From positions 23,301,004 through 23,365,003 of the forward strand of contig NC_057719.1 of NCBI RefSeq assembly GCF_004010195.1: DNA of 64,000 nt, read 5' to 3'. This document shows positions 11,861 through 25,544 of this stretch, in pieces. The translations under genes were made by a program, and so were the position numbers. Position 1 is the stretch's first letter, and the number at the start of each line of letters is the position of its first letter. The notes beneath the pieces were generated by a model. It was not told the DNA's origin and did not search any database. It saw nothing but the letters and a program-made list of their open reading frames with translations. This stretch comes from Chiloscyllium plagiosum (lineage: Eukaryota).

Positions 11861-14124
11861 TGCTAATCTCACCTCAACACAACTTGTCATTTTTGAACCT
11901 CAATCATGTTTGATGGCCACTTCACAAAATATTTTAATTCTTAGCGGCATGATGAAAATCAATGAATTATGAGCAATTTATCTTTATTCTTTATAATTTT
12001 ATGCTGCTTTTAACATTATGTAGAATGTAACCTTCTATTCCTGACAGGATACTGTACTATTCTGTCACAAGAATTATGAGATACATTACAAGTACAAGGA
12101 TTAAATACCAGTAGGTTTGAGCAGCACAATAGATCCATTATTGCGATATGGATTAGTCACAATATATTACAAGAGATCATCCATATCAACACTGACAGAG
12201 TGCTAACATTCCTGCTTAACATGCCTCTCTGCAGTTGACCAATCATTCTATACAAGGACTTTTACACCTCCATTTGCAAGGTTGGCAGCCTGTTTCATTT
12301 AAGGAATTTGACTGTCTTATCAAAGTTTACTTTAAGTTGCAATTGTCTAAGAAAGCATCAAATTCTTGGATGCAACTATGATTTCAAAGAAGGCCTCAAT
12401 AATGAGCATATGTTTAAATTTCATTGATTTTAAGTTTATTTCAGTAATTCCATCTCTCACAAAAGCTGCAGTATCTTCAAGGTCTCCATCAGTAATTACA
12501 ACAGTAGCTTCTTTTCCTGATTGCACACACATTTCAAACTTACAAGACTATTAAACAATCCAAGTCCCTCAGACACCTTACAAACTGATGCTTAGAGACT
12601 TAAAGAAAGTTTATTGGATAAAGCAGATAAAAATCTATGGCCTCTAAGCCCTCTGCATTTCAAAATAAAGCAAACAACAACATTATGGTTTGCATTTGAT
12701 GGCTCCAATCAGAGGAACAGCAGAAATCAAATATGTTGCGAAGAAGTTTGACCTGCACGTGCACATTCTGGGAAGATGAAATTGGTTAATGTGGGATTTC
12801 CACCTCTCATTACACAGAAGTACCAGTCTCTGAGATAATCAGACTGGCCAACAGCTTAAGTACCCGGGCCAGTAGTCCCTCAGTAGTGGATCTTGTGCGG
12901 AGGCTCACAACTCTCCCAGAAAATTAAATCCCTAGATACTAGAGAGGAATCATGGAGTATGGAAGGTGGAGTAGGAGAGAAATAAAGTTCTGGATTACAG
13001 ATGCTGGGGAAATGGGAGTCAACAGCTTGCTGAGGAGTGGTCCAAATGGCAGCAGAATGACCCCTGACTGACTTGCCCTGCCTTTCCTGAGACCTTTTCT
13101 CAGCAAGACCAAGGAAATCAGCCAGCCTACTCTTGCCCCGCTTCCCAATGCCAGCTGGGTTATGCAAATTACCGCAAATTATCCAGGTCAGTAGAACCTA
13201 ATTACCCCTTACTTAAATATTTACATGAGATTGGCTTGCTGCTAATTTCATCACCCGCTCACCGAGTGTATTATAGGATTGTACTTAAGGGTGGGCGGGA
13301 AGTAGGTGGGCTTGCCAACCAATCTATTTCACATTCCCTCCCACCATAAACACACACTGCACAGCCACATGAGGTCCAACTCCATCGATTGACATTTGTC
13401 TGTGTCACTTCCTTGTGGTTTAAAAGTATTTAGGCTAGTTGAATTAGCACTTCAGCAAAATGCTTAATCATGTCACTCTCTTACTTATGTATTTCCAGAT
13501 GGTTCTATGCCCATGGTTCATGAATTTTGTGCGCACAAAACTTCTCCAATGCTCTGACTTGGCATCAAAGCAAATAGCTTTGTAGATTGTCTGTTTATTG
13601 GATTTGACTCAATTTTTGTAACTTTGCTGCTTTTTGTTAAACATCTTACAGTCTTAAATTGTTTATGCCAATAACTCTGTTATCTGTAATGAAAAATAAG
13701 CAGCTGCCGTTGGAAAAGGGTTACTTTGGCTCAAAAAAGCCCTTTAGGCTTTTGCAAAACACATTGCTCAGTTTGAGTCAGTTTTCTGTAAATCCAAATA
13801 CAACAAAGTTTCTGTATTTCATTTAAACTGTGGATGGTCTCCCCTACTCCCCATCGAATAGCTTCCACAAATCTCAAACACAATTTTCAATGAATATAAC
13901 AATTACATCAGTCAAAACCATTAGAGCTTAGTACAATATTGTATAGGTATTGGATGTGTGCAAAAAAATGGCTGCTATACACCAGATCTTTTTCTTTTGT
14001 CGTATTTGGTATTTCCCATTTTAAAGAAATTTTTCTTTTATCACAATTCATAAGTTTGTCTTGAGTGGTTGTATTGAAGTGTTTGCCTATGGATTGCGTA
14101 ATTTGACTACATCTGGCCATATGA

Positions 14125-14570
14125 TTAGAGAGAGGTTGAATAGGCTGGGGCTGTTTTCCCTGGAGCGTCAGAGGCTGAGGGGTGACCTTATAGAGGTTTA
14201 AAAAATCATGAGGGGCATGGATTGGATAAATAGACAAGGTCTTTTCCCTGGGGTGGGGGTGTCGAGAACTAGAGAGCATAGGTCTATGGTGAGAGAGAAA
14301 AGATACAAAAGAGACCTAAGAGGCAACTTTTTCATGCCGAGGGTGGTGCATGTGGAGAATGGGTTGCCAGAGGAGATGGTAAAGGCTTGTACAACTGCAA
14401 CATTTAAAAGGCATCTGGATGGGTATATGAATAGGAAGGGCTTGGAGGGATAAGGGCTAGATGCTTGTAGGTGGGACTAGATTGGGTTGGGAAATCTGGT
14501 CAGCATGGATGAGTTGGACTGAAGAGTTTATTTCCATGCCATACATGTCTATGTCTCTATGGCTCCATGA
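14125..14570 (+). mobile_element. CR1 (HER1-like) 3' fragment
   Basis: Homologous to 7500-7937. Confidence 0.9.
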
Positions 14571-14574
14571 ATAT

Positions 14575-15125
14575 ATGAACTAGAGCAGAAGCACACTATT
14601 TGGCCATTCTTTAAGATCTTGACTGATACTATCTATTGATCACCTTGTTAGTCAAGAATCTATCCACCTATGCCTTGAGAGCATTAAATAAATCAACCTC
14701 AACCATTTTCTGAAAAGAAATTTTCAAAGACTCACAACTTGAGTGAAAATATTTCTTCTCATCTCTATTTAAATAGAAATGAGTTAATTTTTACCAGTGT
14801 ATCCTTTTGTTCTTGTCGCTTTCACAAAGGGAGCCTTTTTTTTAGCATCCACCTTTGTCAAGTCCTCGCAAGATCTTAGATGCCTCAATAAGGTCGCCTC
14901 TTATTCTTCTAAGCCTCAGTGTATCCAGGCAAAGTCCATTTGCTCATAAAATAATCTCCCATGATTGGTATCTGGTAAATGAAACCTTTCTGAATTCTTA
15001 ACACATTTGCATGCTCTCTAAATAAGAGGAGCAAAATAGTACACAGTGCCCCAGATTTGGCCTCATCAATGCTCAATACAGCTGCTGCAAAACCTCCCTA
15101 TTTTTATATTCCATAATTCTTTGCA
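14575..15125 (-). mobile_element. Old CR1 fragment
   Basis: Highly diverged reverse CR1 3' region. Confidence 0.55.
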
Positions 15126-16706
15126 CTTGTACCTATTGGGTGCTTCAGAAGACTCCTGTAAAAGCTAATGGAAAAATTATCCTACTTTAGAAATTTCGAA
15201 GGTGAAGTGATCCACGTCCCCCTGCCTTCAATATGTTTCCCTCCATCCTCTTCTACCCATATAACCATGAAATAATTGTTAGCTGTTTGAGCATTGTTGT
15301 GGAACACATCTTAAGTACCAATTCACAGCTCTTCTGCTGGTGAAATGTGTTGTGAACCAATTAGTGGCTGCTGACATACGACAGATACTTTACTGAATAC
15401 TCACTATCCTATTGGGTAGTCAAGTATAAAGCAGTTTTAGTTTTGACAGGATGCAGGCATTCAAAGCCTTTCCAAGAATGACTTGTTCAGCTGCATGCAC
15501 ATCAATATTTATGAATGAGAAATGCTAGACCACACTCAATACAATTGAAAAGTGGGAGAGTGTCAATCTATTCTTGTGAGTGCTATTTTATGCAGAGACC
15601 TTTCTGCCCCTTTAATAGTAATTTTGCAGTTGAAAAGTACAGAATGGCCACGGAACAATCACAACAGAAAAAAATTGGTGGGTGTAATTGAATAAGCAAT
15701 CGGTTCAATAGAATTGTTCAGAAACATCTTGGGGGTAATCTCAAAGGACACTTTTACTGCGCAAGGCAATGTATTCATACAGTCATCCCAACAAAAACAG
15801 AGTTTAATTTTAATTAGAGATAAATGGGGTGGGTGTTTAAATTTGATCGTCAATGAAATCAGGCATGGAGATTGAGAAGCATAAATTAATCCACTCCAAT
15901 TTAAAGTGATATAGTTAGCACACAAATGTCATGTTGCCTGCTAATTATACTGTCTATGGTATGCTAGCAGCATGCAATGCACAGTTCAGTGCCAGTCTGT
16001 CTCATCAGGGCCCTGAGTTCATTTGAGGCTAATGCTGCTTGAAGTGCTGCTTGACATTGTTTAAGACCAACCTATACCTTGTATGAAGGTATGTATTTCA
16101 TGGATTTGACCAAATCTATTCTGTAACAGGAGTATAATTAACATATCAGCATGATGTGAGAATTTGAGGGAAGTGCTGCTCAGCGTATGTCAGATTGTAG
16201 TAGTTTCAAGCTATCCCATCTTAACATAATTACTTGTGTGGTCTAAATTCTTGTGCTGTGTGATCGATCATGATTGTCTGTGGCAAGCTACAAAGGTAAT
16301 CTGAATAGACAAATCAGAATAGAAAATAACAGCTCCACCATTAAGACATTAATATCTCAGTTAAGGAAGTGGACTTGGCAAAATTCTGCAAGATTAACTT
16401 TGAAGACATTACAAATTGAGAATATTCTGCAACTCCTGTAGAGGTTATGATGAGGGCCATTGGCTACAGAGAAAAAACAAGAGATGTCATTGCCTGACAA
16501 TCATTTAAAAAGATCTTGGAGATGTATGTATTGGGAAGCTATGAAAGTTATAGGTTTAAAAGTGACAGTTCAAGGACACTCATGTTTGTTGCAATACATT
16601 GAGTGACATAATTGGTCATACAGTCAGACAAATGTACTAGTCACCATAAACTGAAAGTGAGCTGATGCAATTGCATCTGTACAAATGCTGATGTTTGCTT
16701 GTAAGG

Positions 16707-17156
16707 ATTAATGATTTTAAGGAACAGTTCCCATGAAGTCTTTATCTTAAGTTGTCTGTTCCACTCTGAGTGGAAATATTGAGTACAGTTAGAGCGAGAC
16801 AAATGTGGTCATGTGTCCTACAAATGTTTTGGGGAGCAGAAGTCCAGCTCCTGCTTCACCCCTGAATGAGTTAATGGCTTTTTAAATAATCCTCAACACC
16901 ACTCTCCTGCCTTCTTCCCATTACTCTTGATTCACATATTAATTAGAAAACTGTCCATTTCAGCTTTCAAAATTCTTAAAATCCCAACATCCGTAGTCCT
17001 TTGTGGGGAAAAGAATTCATGAATTCACTACCCTCTGAGAATTAAGGATTTTAAGAAACAGTTCCCTTGAAGTCTTTATGTCAAGTTGTCTGTTCCACCC
17101 TGAGTAGAAATATTGAGTACAGTTAGATCGAGACAAATGTGGTCACAAGTCCTACA
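16707..17156 (+). repeat. 116-bp direct duplication (16707-16822 and 17041-17156)
   Basis: Ungapped alignment by eye, about 11 mismatches in 116 nt. Confidence 0.9.
16823..17040 (-). mobile_element. Old CR1 3' end
   Basis: Minus strand starts tctcagagggtagtgaattc and runs into the 3' UTR. Confidence 0.65.
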
Positions 17157-17358
17157 GGCGGCATGATGGCTCAATGGTTAGCACTGCAGCCTCACAGCGC
17201 CAGGGAACCTGGTTCAATTCCCACCTTGGGCAACTGTCTGTGTGGGGTTGCATATTCTCCCCATGTCTCATGGGTGTCCTCCCACAATCCAAAGATGTGC
17301 AGGCCAGGTAAATTGGCAATGCTAAATTGCCCATAATGTTAGGTGCGTTAGTCAGGAG
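17157..17358 (+). mobile_element. HE1 SINE 5' part
   Basis: Head and V-domain, ends at gcgttagtcaggag where a Penelope tail begins. Confidence 0.85.
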
Positions 17359-17401
17359 AAAGTGAGGGCTGCAGATGCTGGAGATCAGAGCTGAAAATGT
17401 G
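17355..17401 (-). mobile_element. Penelope pLTR tail fragment
   Basis: Reverse complement of the end of the 8333-8541 element. Confidence 0.85.
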
Positions 17402-17691
17402 GTCTTGCCAAAAACAAGGCTAAACTAGTTAGACCACATAAAATATATTTGTTCCCCTTTTTGAAGGAAATACACACTGTATTGGAGGCAGTCCTGAGAA
17501 TGCTCTCAAGGTTAGTATTGGGTATGAAAGGACTTTCAGGAGAAGTTCAGTGGAGCTGGACTGTAATCATTGGAGTTTAGAAGAAAGTAAAGCACCTTTG
17601 TTGAAACATGTAAGATTCTTCATGGACTTGATATAGCAGACAAGGAAAGGCTGATTAGAATGAAAGAGCAGAATCTCAGAATAAGAGGCCG
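17402..17691 (+). mobile_element. Old CR1 RT C-terminal fragment
   Basis: Diverged ggaggcagtcctgaga..tcattggagtttagaaga..aatctcagaataagaggc. Confidence 0.6.
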
Positions 17692-18003
17692 TTAGATTCC
17701 TTATAGTGTAGGAACAGGCTCTTCAGCCCAGCAAGTCCAAACTGACCCTCTGAAGAGTAACCCACCCAGACCCATTTCCCTCTGACTAATGCACATAACA
17801 CTATGGTCAATTTAGCATGGCCAATTCACATGACCTGTACATCTTTGGATTGTGGGAGGAAACCGGAGCATCTGGAGGAAACCCATGCAGACATGGGGAG
17901 AATGTGCAAACTCCAAACAGACAGCCGCCCGAGGCTGAAATCGAACTTAGGTCCCCGGTACTGTGAGGCAGCAGTGCTAACCACCGAGCCACCATGCCAC
18001 CCC
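17692..18003 (-). mobile_element. HE1-type V-SINE
   Basis: Full-length homolog of 1698-2009. Confidence 0.9.
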
Positions 18004-18007
18004 ATTA

Positions 18008-18130
18008 TTAGATAGATTATCTACAGTATGGAAACAGGCCCTTCGGCCCAACGTCCACACCGACCCCAACCCCCGGAGAGTAACCCGCCCAGACCCATTC
18101 CCCTACCCTATGTTTACTCCTGACTAACGC
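18008..18130 (-). mobile_element. HE1 SINE 3' part (continuation of 17157-17358, now inverted)
   Basis: Minus strand begins with the same 14-mer gcgttagtcaggag. Confidence 0.85.
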
Positions 18131-18220
18131 TGAAAATGTGTTGCTGGAAAAGCGCAGCAGTTCAGGCAGCATCCAAGGAGCAGGAGAATTGCTGTTTTGG
18201 GCATGAGCCCTTCTTCAGGA
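18129..18220 (-). mobile_element. Penelope pLTR arm with mutated hammerhead
   Basis: Near-identical to 8332-8423; core GAAACGTC mutated. Confidence 0.85.
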
Positions 18221-18223
18221 GGG

Positions 18224-18752
18224 CTTTCCTATTCATATACCCATCCAGATGGCTTTTAGATATTGTAATTGTACTAGCTTCCTCTGGCAGTTCATTCCAG
18301 ACACGCACTACCTTCTGTGTTAAAAGTTGCCCCTTAGGTCCCTTTTAAATATTTCCCCTTTCACCCCCAAATCTATGCCCTTTAGTTCTGGACTCCCCCA
18401 TCCCAGGGAGAAGACCTCGTCCATTTACCCTATCCATTGTTCCTCATGATTTTATAAACCCCTGTAAGGTCACCCTCCCAGCCTTTGATGCTCCAGGGAA
18501 AACAGCCCCAGCCTATTCAACCTCTCCCTCGAGTTCAAATCTTCCAATCCTGGCAGCATCCTTGTCAATCTTTTCTGAACCCTTTCAAGTTTCATAACAT
18601 CCTTCCTATCGGAAGAAGACCAAAATTGAATGCAATATTCCAAAAGTGGCTTAACCAATGTCCTGTACAGCCACAACTTGACCTCCCAACTCCTATATTC
18701 AATGCTCTGTCCAATAAAGGAAAGCATACCAAACGCTTTCTTCACTATACTA
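18224..18752 (-). mobile_element. CR1 fragment lacking its 3' tail
   Basis: LYRTLVKPLLEYCIQFWS motif on minus strand. Confidence 0.9.
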
Positions 18753-18984
18753 TTACCTTGGTCAGTAGCCTCAAGTGTTGTACCTAATCACTCACCTTCT
18801 AAAAGTCCTATCCTGTGTGCACCTCCTCAAAACTTCATCATAATTTGCCTTTCTTGTAGCTATGCTGATTCTGCTTGATCATGTTTTATATTTCAAAATA
18901 CTCTGGCATACTTCAAAATATGTGCCCTTGACAATTGACTCTTACATTTTCCCAATACAGTTGTTAAACTAACAGGCCTGATGT

Positions 18985-19370
18985 TTTTTTTTTAATTCTT
19001 TCACTGAATGAGGGCTTTGTTGGCTAGACCAGCATTTGTTGCTCACCCATAATTGCCCAGAGGCCAGTTAAAAGTCAACCACATTGTTGTGGGTCTAGAG
19101 TCACATGTTGGTCAGACCAGGTAAGGATGGCAGTTTCCTTACCTGAAGGCCATTAGTGAGCCAGATATACTTTTCTCGACAATCAACAAGCGCTTCATGG
19201 TCATCATTTCAGATTTGAGATCATTTAAGATCATGGTCTTAATTCCAAACTTCTATTGAATTCAAATTTCACTAAACATCATGGTGGAATTCAAACCTGG
19301 CCCCCAATAACAATTTTGAGATCTCTGGATAAATAGTCTACTGATAATGTTATTAGGCCAATGCCTCCCG
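18985..19370 (-). mobile_element. tRNA-derived SINE with L2-type 3' tail
   Basis: Minus-strand head ggaggcattggcctaa..ggtttgaattcc; its 3' end resembles the L2-like end at 25985-26090. Confidence 0.6.
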
Positions 19371-19807
19371 ATTGAGCATGCAGTTCATCATTGCAACTTG
19401 AACCAAGTCAAGGCAGAAGCAATCAAGAGTTTCTGAACACATAGATTTGTGGAAAGGTATTGTGTTGTGTCTACACTAGGTTATACAATGAGTAGTGGTC
19501 ACATTCTGTGAAGAAATAGGTGACATATCCAGACTGCATATAAACAACCACCTGCCACATTGAATGATAACTCAGCCACTGAGGACGTTGTGCTAGACAG
19601 CATCCACACATGATAGGCATCCATCTGAGACAACGGACAGCAGACCACAGAGTGAACCTACAGTGCCAAATCCTGATAACCACATAAGGCCCAGATCTGG
19701 TCATGGTGTACAAACACCAAAACCTTACGTAATGTGCATGGGTAAGTTCTGTACATGCTTCCTTGTACATGTTAATCAACAAAGTGTTCCTGCTCTTGAA
19801 AGGGAAA

Positions 19808-21462
19808 TTTGAATTTGAATTTAATTTATTGTCATGTGTACTGAGGCACAGTGAAAAGCTTTGTCATGCGAACAATACAGGCAGATCACATAGGTAAGTA
19901 ACATAGACAAGCAAATAATAGGCAAGCAGCAGTACAAACAAAAACACAGGTACAGGTGAATGTTAAGAGTTTGTGAGTCCATTCAGTATTCTAACAACAG
20001 TAGGGTAGAAACTATTTTGAAACAGGCTGATGCATGTATTCGGCTTCTGTACTTTCTCCCCAATGGTAGAGGTTGAAGAAAAGCATTGCCGGGGTGGGAT
20101 GGGTCTTTGAGAATGCTGGCAGCCTTTCCTTGACAGCGGGCCTGTAGACAGATTCTATAGATGGGAGGTTGGCCTTTGTGATTGTCCGAGCCAAGTTCAC
20201 CACTCTTTGTAACTGTCTCCGATCTTGAATGGTACTGTTACCATACCAGGAAGTGATACATCCTGACAGAATGCTCTCAATGGTGCACCTATAAAAGTTG
20301 GCAAGGGTATTCGCTGTCATACCAAATTTTCTCAGCTGCCTGAGGAAGAAGAGGCGTTGTTGGGCCTTTGTAACCAGTGCATCCACATGAAGAGTCCAAG
20401 AAAGCTTTTGTGGATGACTACTCCCAGGAGCTTGACGTTCTCCACTTGTTCCATCTCTGTGCTGTTAATGTGTAGGGGGCATGAGTAACATCCTACTGAA
20501 AGTCAATAACAAGTTCCTTGGTTTTGCCAGCAGTGAGAGCTATGTTGTTCTCAGTGCACCATTTTTTCAGGTCTTCCACCACCCACCTATAGTCTGTTTC
20601 ATCGCCATCTGAGATTCGACCGACAATGGTGGTGTCATCAGCGAACTTGTAAATGGTATTAGTCTGGTATTTGGCGACACAGTCATGGGTATACAGTAAG
20701 TACAGTAGGGGACTGAGTACGCACCCCTGAGGGGCTCCACTGTTGATTGTTAGTGAGGATGAACTATTGTTCCCAATCTTGACTGATTGTGGCTTGGGGG
20801 TCAGGAAACTGAGGATCCAATTGCAGAGAGTGGGGCTTAGTCCAAGATCACTAAGTTTGGTAATCAGGCTCAAAGGGATAATAGTGTTGAAGGATGAATG
20901 AGTAGGATTCTTGTGTAGCTGTTTTTGGTGTCAAGATGTTCTAAGGAGGAGTGAAAGGCAAGTGGTATGGCATCTGATGTGGATCTGCTGGTCCAATAGG
21001 CAAATTAGCGTTGGTCAAGTGTGGTGGGGAAGCTGGAGTTGATTAATGCCATGACCAGCCTTTCAAAGCACTTCATGACCACCGAAGTTAGGGCCACTGG
21101 GCGATAGTCATTGAGACATGCTGCATGAGCCTTCTTAGGCACTGGGATGATGTTAGCCATTTTGAAACAAGCAGGGACGGTGGCCTGCTGCAGGGAGAGG
21201 TTGAAGATGTCCGAGAAGACCTCTGCTAGTTGATCTGCGCATGCTCTGAGTGCACGGCCTGGTACTCCTGTCTGGTCACATCCTTTCCTTGGATTGACAT
21301 GAAGGAAAACTGATCTGACCTCTGAGGCAGTGACTGTTGGGATATGTCCGTCAAGACTTGTCAGAATAGGTGTTACCCCTCTGCCAAAATTCTGCTCAAA
21401 GCGAGCATAGAAGGTGTTGAGACGATCTGGGAGGGATGTATCATCACCTACTATCTTGCACT
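19808..21462 (-). mobile_element. Rex1/Babar-like LINE, 5'-truncated RT region
   Basis: [65 protein letters not shown] plus (ATTCAA)n tail; frameshifted. Confidence 0.9.
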
Positions 21463-22194
21463 GATAACAATTTAGAAGACAGCAGGGGAAAATCGTGGAT
21501 GTTGAATTATTGCAAACCATATAGGTTGTGTACCTTTTAAGATAGGTTACATGGCATTGTGCCATGTGACGCTCCACTATAACAATTGTCACAGCAGTGA
21601 CTCCCTGCTCAGTGCAATGGAGTCAGTTCAGTCAACCAATTCTGTAAATGCAATGCAACAGTAATAGTCAATAAGCATAAACCCAGACTATATGTGAGCC
21701 TGAGATATCATAATAGTGCAAATAGTTAATGTTCTTAATAAACTGAGACATCTGTCTTAAAAAGCACCCACTCCTTATGGTATATGTTATTTGAGCTAAC
21801 ACTCACTCTGTGTCATACTGATAGTGGTTTTTGACCAAATAAACCATGTCAGCATGTTCCTTCTGTGAATTAAATAGGCAGAGTACATGTCACAGTCAGG
21901 AATCATATGCTTATAAACTCAAAACATTTATTGTTAATTGTGATTTGGCACCACTTGCTGTATGTTCCTGAGTGTCCTTATAGTTACACTATCCACCAAA
22001 TTAACATAAGTATTTCAGCTGCCAATGTGGCTAATTTCTACTTGCTACAACAGACATTCATTCACACGTGGGAACCTGTTCTTTGCAGACAAAAGAAATG
22101 TTTTCAAGTCTTGCATCTTTTTTTTGAATTACCAGTGATCTTCTAGAATCTACAGTTTCATATTGTTTTCACCATGGTGAGGCCTTAGCTGATA

Positions 22195-22541
22195 AATCAA
22201 GAGGGGCATGGATAGGGTAAATAGACAAAGTCTTTTCCCTAGTCTGGGGGGATCCAGAACTAGAGGGCATATGTTTAAGATGAGAGGGAAAAGATTTAAC
22301 AGGGACCAAAGGGGCAACTTTTTGATGCAGAGGGTGGTGCATGTATGGAATGAGGAATTGGTCGAGGCAAGTACAATTGCAACATTTAAAAGTCATTTGG
22401 ATGGGTATATGAATAGAAATCATTCAGAGAAATATGGACAAAGTGCTGGCAAATGGGACCAGATTAATTTAGGATATCTGGTCAGCATGGGCGAGTTGGA
22501 CCAAAGGGTCTGTTTCTGTGCTGTACATCTCTATGACTCTC
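22195..22541 (+). mobile_element. CR1 (HER1-like) 3' fragment
   Basis: Homologous to other HER1-like 3' ends. Confidence 0.9.
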
Positions 22542-24909
22542 AGTGACAACTTGCTAACAAATTGGTACCATTTTCTCCTGTAGGATAAATTGGTTTGATT
22601 CATTGAAATCTGACAAATCTTGAATTTGTCCTGATCAATACTGGATGAAAGGATTCAGCAATGTGTCTTTCTTTTCAATATACAATAGATGACACATTTA
22701 ATTCAGCTGTTGGCAAATGGCATGAGTTTCATAGTTAATTTTAAAAAATCCTATTTTCCAAATGCTGGATTGTACGCAACAAAAATGAGTAGAGTTCATG
22801 CTTATATAACAGCTGAGAATGGTCCTACTTGGGCCGCTTTATCCAATCATAAACTACAAGGTCAACCTGGTCAGGGATGAAGACAGAACTACACAGACAC
22901 AGTATTATCCATGCTGAAAACCCAATTGTTACAATTTCAGTAATTGCCTCACAGATAAACTGAAACTGATCATGATCTCAGTCTCACTGTGAAAATCTAC
23001 TTATCCTTTTTTTTCTCTCCATTATATATGCCCAATAATTAGTGATCCCAAGCTACAGTGCATTTACAGGATTTCTTTGCTAATTTAAATTGCTTTGTCC
23101 TTCGAGCCTTTCTCTCCAGCAGTAAGGGTTAGATAATGAATTAATTTGGCTGCAAGGGATAATAAGAGATTATCCACTCAATAGGAAAATGGAAGATTAC
23201 GTTTCTGTTTAGGAGATTTGTAGAAGTTATCCATCTGCATTAGGTTACTGTTGAAATGGCTATATTCACCAGGTCTTATATGAATTATATAAGGCCTGAC
23301 TTGGAAGTACAGAATGCTTGAAGTGTATATAAAATTGAAAATATCAGCAGCAGAAATAGGAATCACAGGGCACCTGAACGATCAGTTGTATAGTGGGTCC
23401 AGATTGATGAATGTCTTAATTACAAATGTTCATCCTTATGATCTTATACAGGGGTGTAATTTTTAAAATCCGACATGCAAACATTTCCTGTACATGTAAA
23501 TGGCTGTTTAATATTATCCTGCATTGTGTTCTGACTTACTTACAAATCAACTTGCAAACAAACACAAGAACGGAAACTGTTCGCAATCTAGGGACTATAC
23601 CTTTTTAAACAAAGAGATTAAGAACGATATCAATATGCAAAGAGTCACATTCTTCATTGAGTCTCAGCTTGGATTAGTTGGCAGTACCTTTGCCTCCAAA
23701 CAAAATTATAAATCCCAGCATCATTTCAACATTTTAACATACATGCTCGGCTGTCAATGCGGCTTTGAACAGAGGGTGCTGCATTATGGTACCAATCTTC
23801 AGACGAGATCTTACAGTGCAGATTACTGATTCCATGATGTTATTTGAAAGCAATCTGGGAGTTTTGTTACAGATTGAATTTCCCCACTGTGTTCAACCTA
23901 TCAGCCCATCAGAAAAGAAACACTTGCATTGATATCCTGTTTTACATGATGATCAGATGTCTCAAAGCAGGCAATATAGAATTTTTGAAGTGCAGTCACT
24001 GTTGTAAGGAAAGAGAGCATAAATAATGCATAAAATGTTTTTGATGAGGAAGCGCAGGTGAAAGTCTTGCTGTGCATATTAAGTGTCTTCTTATGCCCTA
24101 ATATTGAAATTTCTTCAGAATCCTTTCCACCTTTTTTCCTTATCTTTTCTCCTTTATGATGCTCTATAAAACGTCTTCCTCTGACAAACCTTTTGATAAT
24201 CTTTCATCCTTTATAATATCTCCTTATGTGGATCAGCATCTGATTTTGCTTAATTATGCACCTATGAAGTATGATTTTTCCGTGTGGAAGATGCTGAATA
24301 AATATGCGCTGTTCTTCATAAATGTTCTCATGTATTTTCAATATTGTCACAGCCCATATGATAGGTTCCTGCTGACCTTTGTGTAAAATTTGCCAAGGTG
24401 AAAGGTGCTTATTTACCAACTTGTTAAGACTTCAAGCCATCTCAAACATCTTCCTTCAGTATTTCCATGGTGAAGTTCCATTCACTCTGAGTCATTGCAT
24501 CACAAATGCAAATTTGCTAAATTTGCACTGCTGCTTTGGGATTATGCTGACTGGGATGTATAGGATGTAACATCTGCCTTGAAAGTGAGGGATTCCTAAT
24601 ACAGAACAGTCTAGAGATTATAAATACAGAGGTTTGCAGCTGAGAATCACTACTTAAATAGGTTTTGGAGGGAACGGCTGTTCCATTTTATTGACACACC
24701 TCTCACAGCCTCAGAAAACCCCAAAGCACATGACAGCCAATGAAATCTTTTGAAGAGTCAATTTTGCCAAATGCGGACTACAGCAGCCAATTTTCACAAG
24801 TGATAGTTGTGTGTGTATTGATGTCTTTAAGAGACTTACTTCTCACCATGTCATATTTATTGCTATGTCATATTATTATTAGATAGCAAAGCGCATGTGC
24901 CTGGAAATA

Positions 24910-25160
24910 TTAGCTCTGTCTCAGTTAGTAATCTCTTCAATGGAAGGTCATGGGTTCCAGCCCCATCTAAGAATCAAAAGCACAGAGGAGCTCCTGTTTT
25001 CTACAAGAGGTGTGAATCTGATTGACTGTGCTGTCAAGTGAATGGAAAAGACTTAGTCGCAATACTTTAAAGAAGAGCACGGGTTTACCTCATTTTCCAG
25101 GCTAATATGAATCCCTCAACCAATATCACTAAAGCAGATTATCTGATCGTGATTGTCAGG
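24910..25160 (+). mobile_element. Deu-domain SINE relic (SacSINE1-like)
   Basis: atccctcaaccaatatcactaaagcagattatctg resembles the Deu-SINE central domain; degenerate tRNA-like head. Confidence 0.5.
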
Positions 25161-25269
25161 TTAATGATGTTGATTGCAAGATCCATCAATTTTTGGGGAT
25201 TGATTAATTCCATGGTGAGTTTATTTCAAACAAAAGAAATTAAAAGTTATAAAACAAATATTTCAGCAG

Positions 25270-25394
25270 GAGAAAGTGAGGTCTGCAGATGCTGGAGATC
25301 AGAGATGGAAATGTGTTGCTGGAAAAGCGCAGCAGGTCAGGCAGCATCTAGGGAACAGTAGAATCGACGTTTCGGGCATTAGCCCTTCTTCAGG
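25270..25394 (-). mobile_element. Solo Penelope pLTR mini-element with intact hammerhead core; 14-bp TSD
   Basis: TSD aaatatttcagcag at 25256-25269 and 25395-25408; minus strand CTGAAGA-A-GGGC/TAAT/GCCC-GAAACGTC. Confidence 0.9.
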
Positions 25395-25544
25395 AAATAT
25401 TTCAGCAGAGCAACTAGTTTCAGTGGATGCTGCTGACATATGCCCAGCCAGACAGACTGGTCGGTTATAGCCATATACACACAGCAACTGGAGTCTTTAA
25501 ATGTAAAGTCTCTTCAAGAGAAAGGTATGCACACAATTATCATA

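Noticed and set aside
12444..12554. Possible terminal exon (tttatttcAG then IPSLTKAAVSSRSPSV..*)
   Set aside because: No upstream partner exon or recognisable protein; low-complexity peptide
16707..17156. Giant 116-bp TSD of the enclosed CR1 fragment
   Set aside because: The CR1 appears to continue beyond the second copy once the neighbouring inversion is undone
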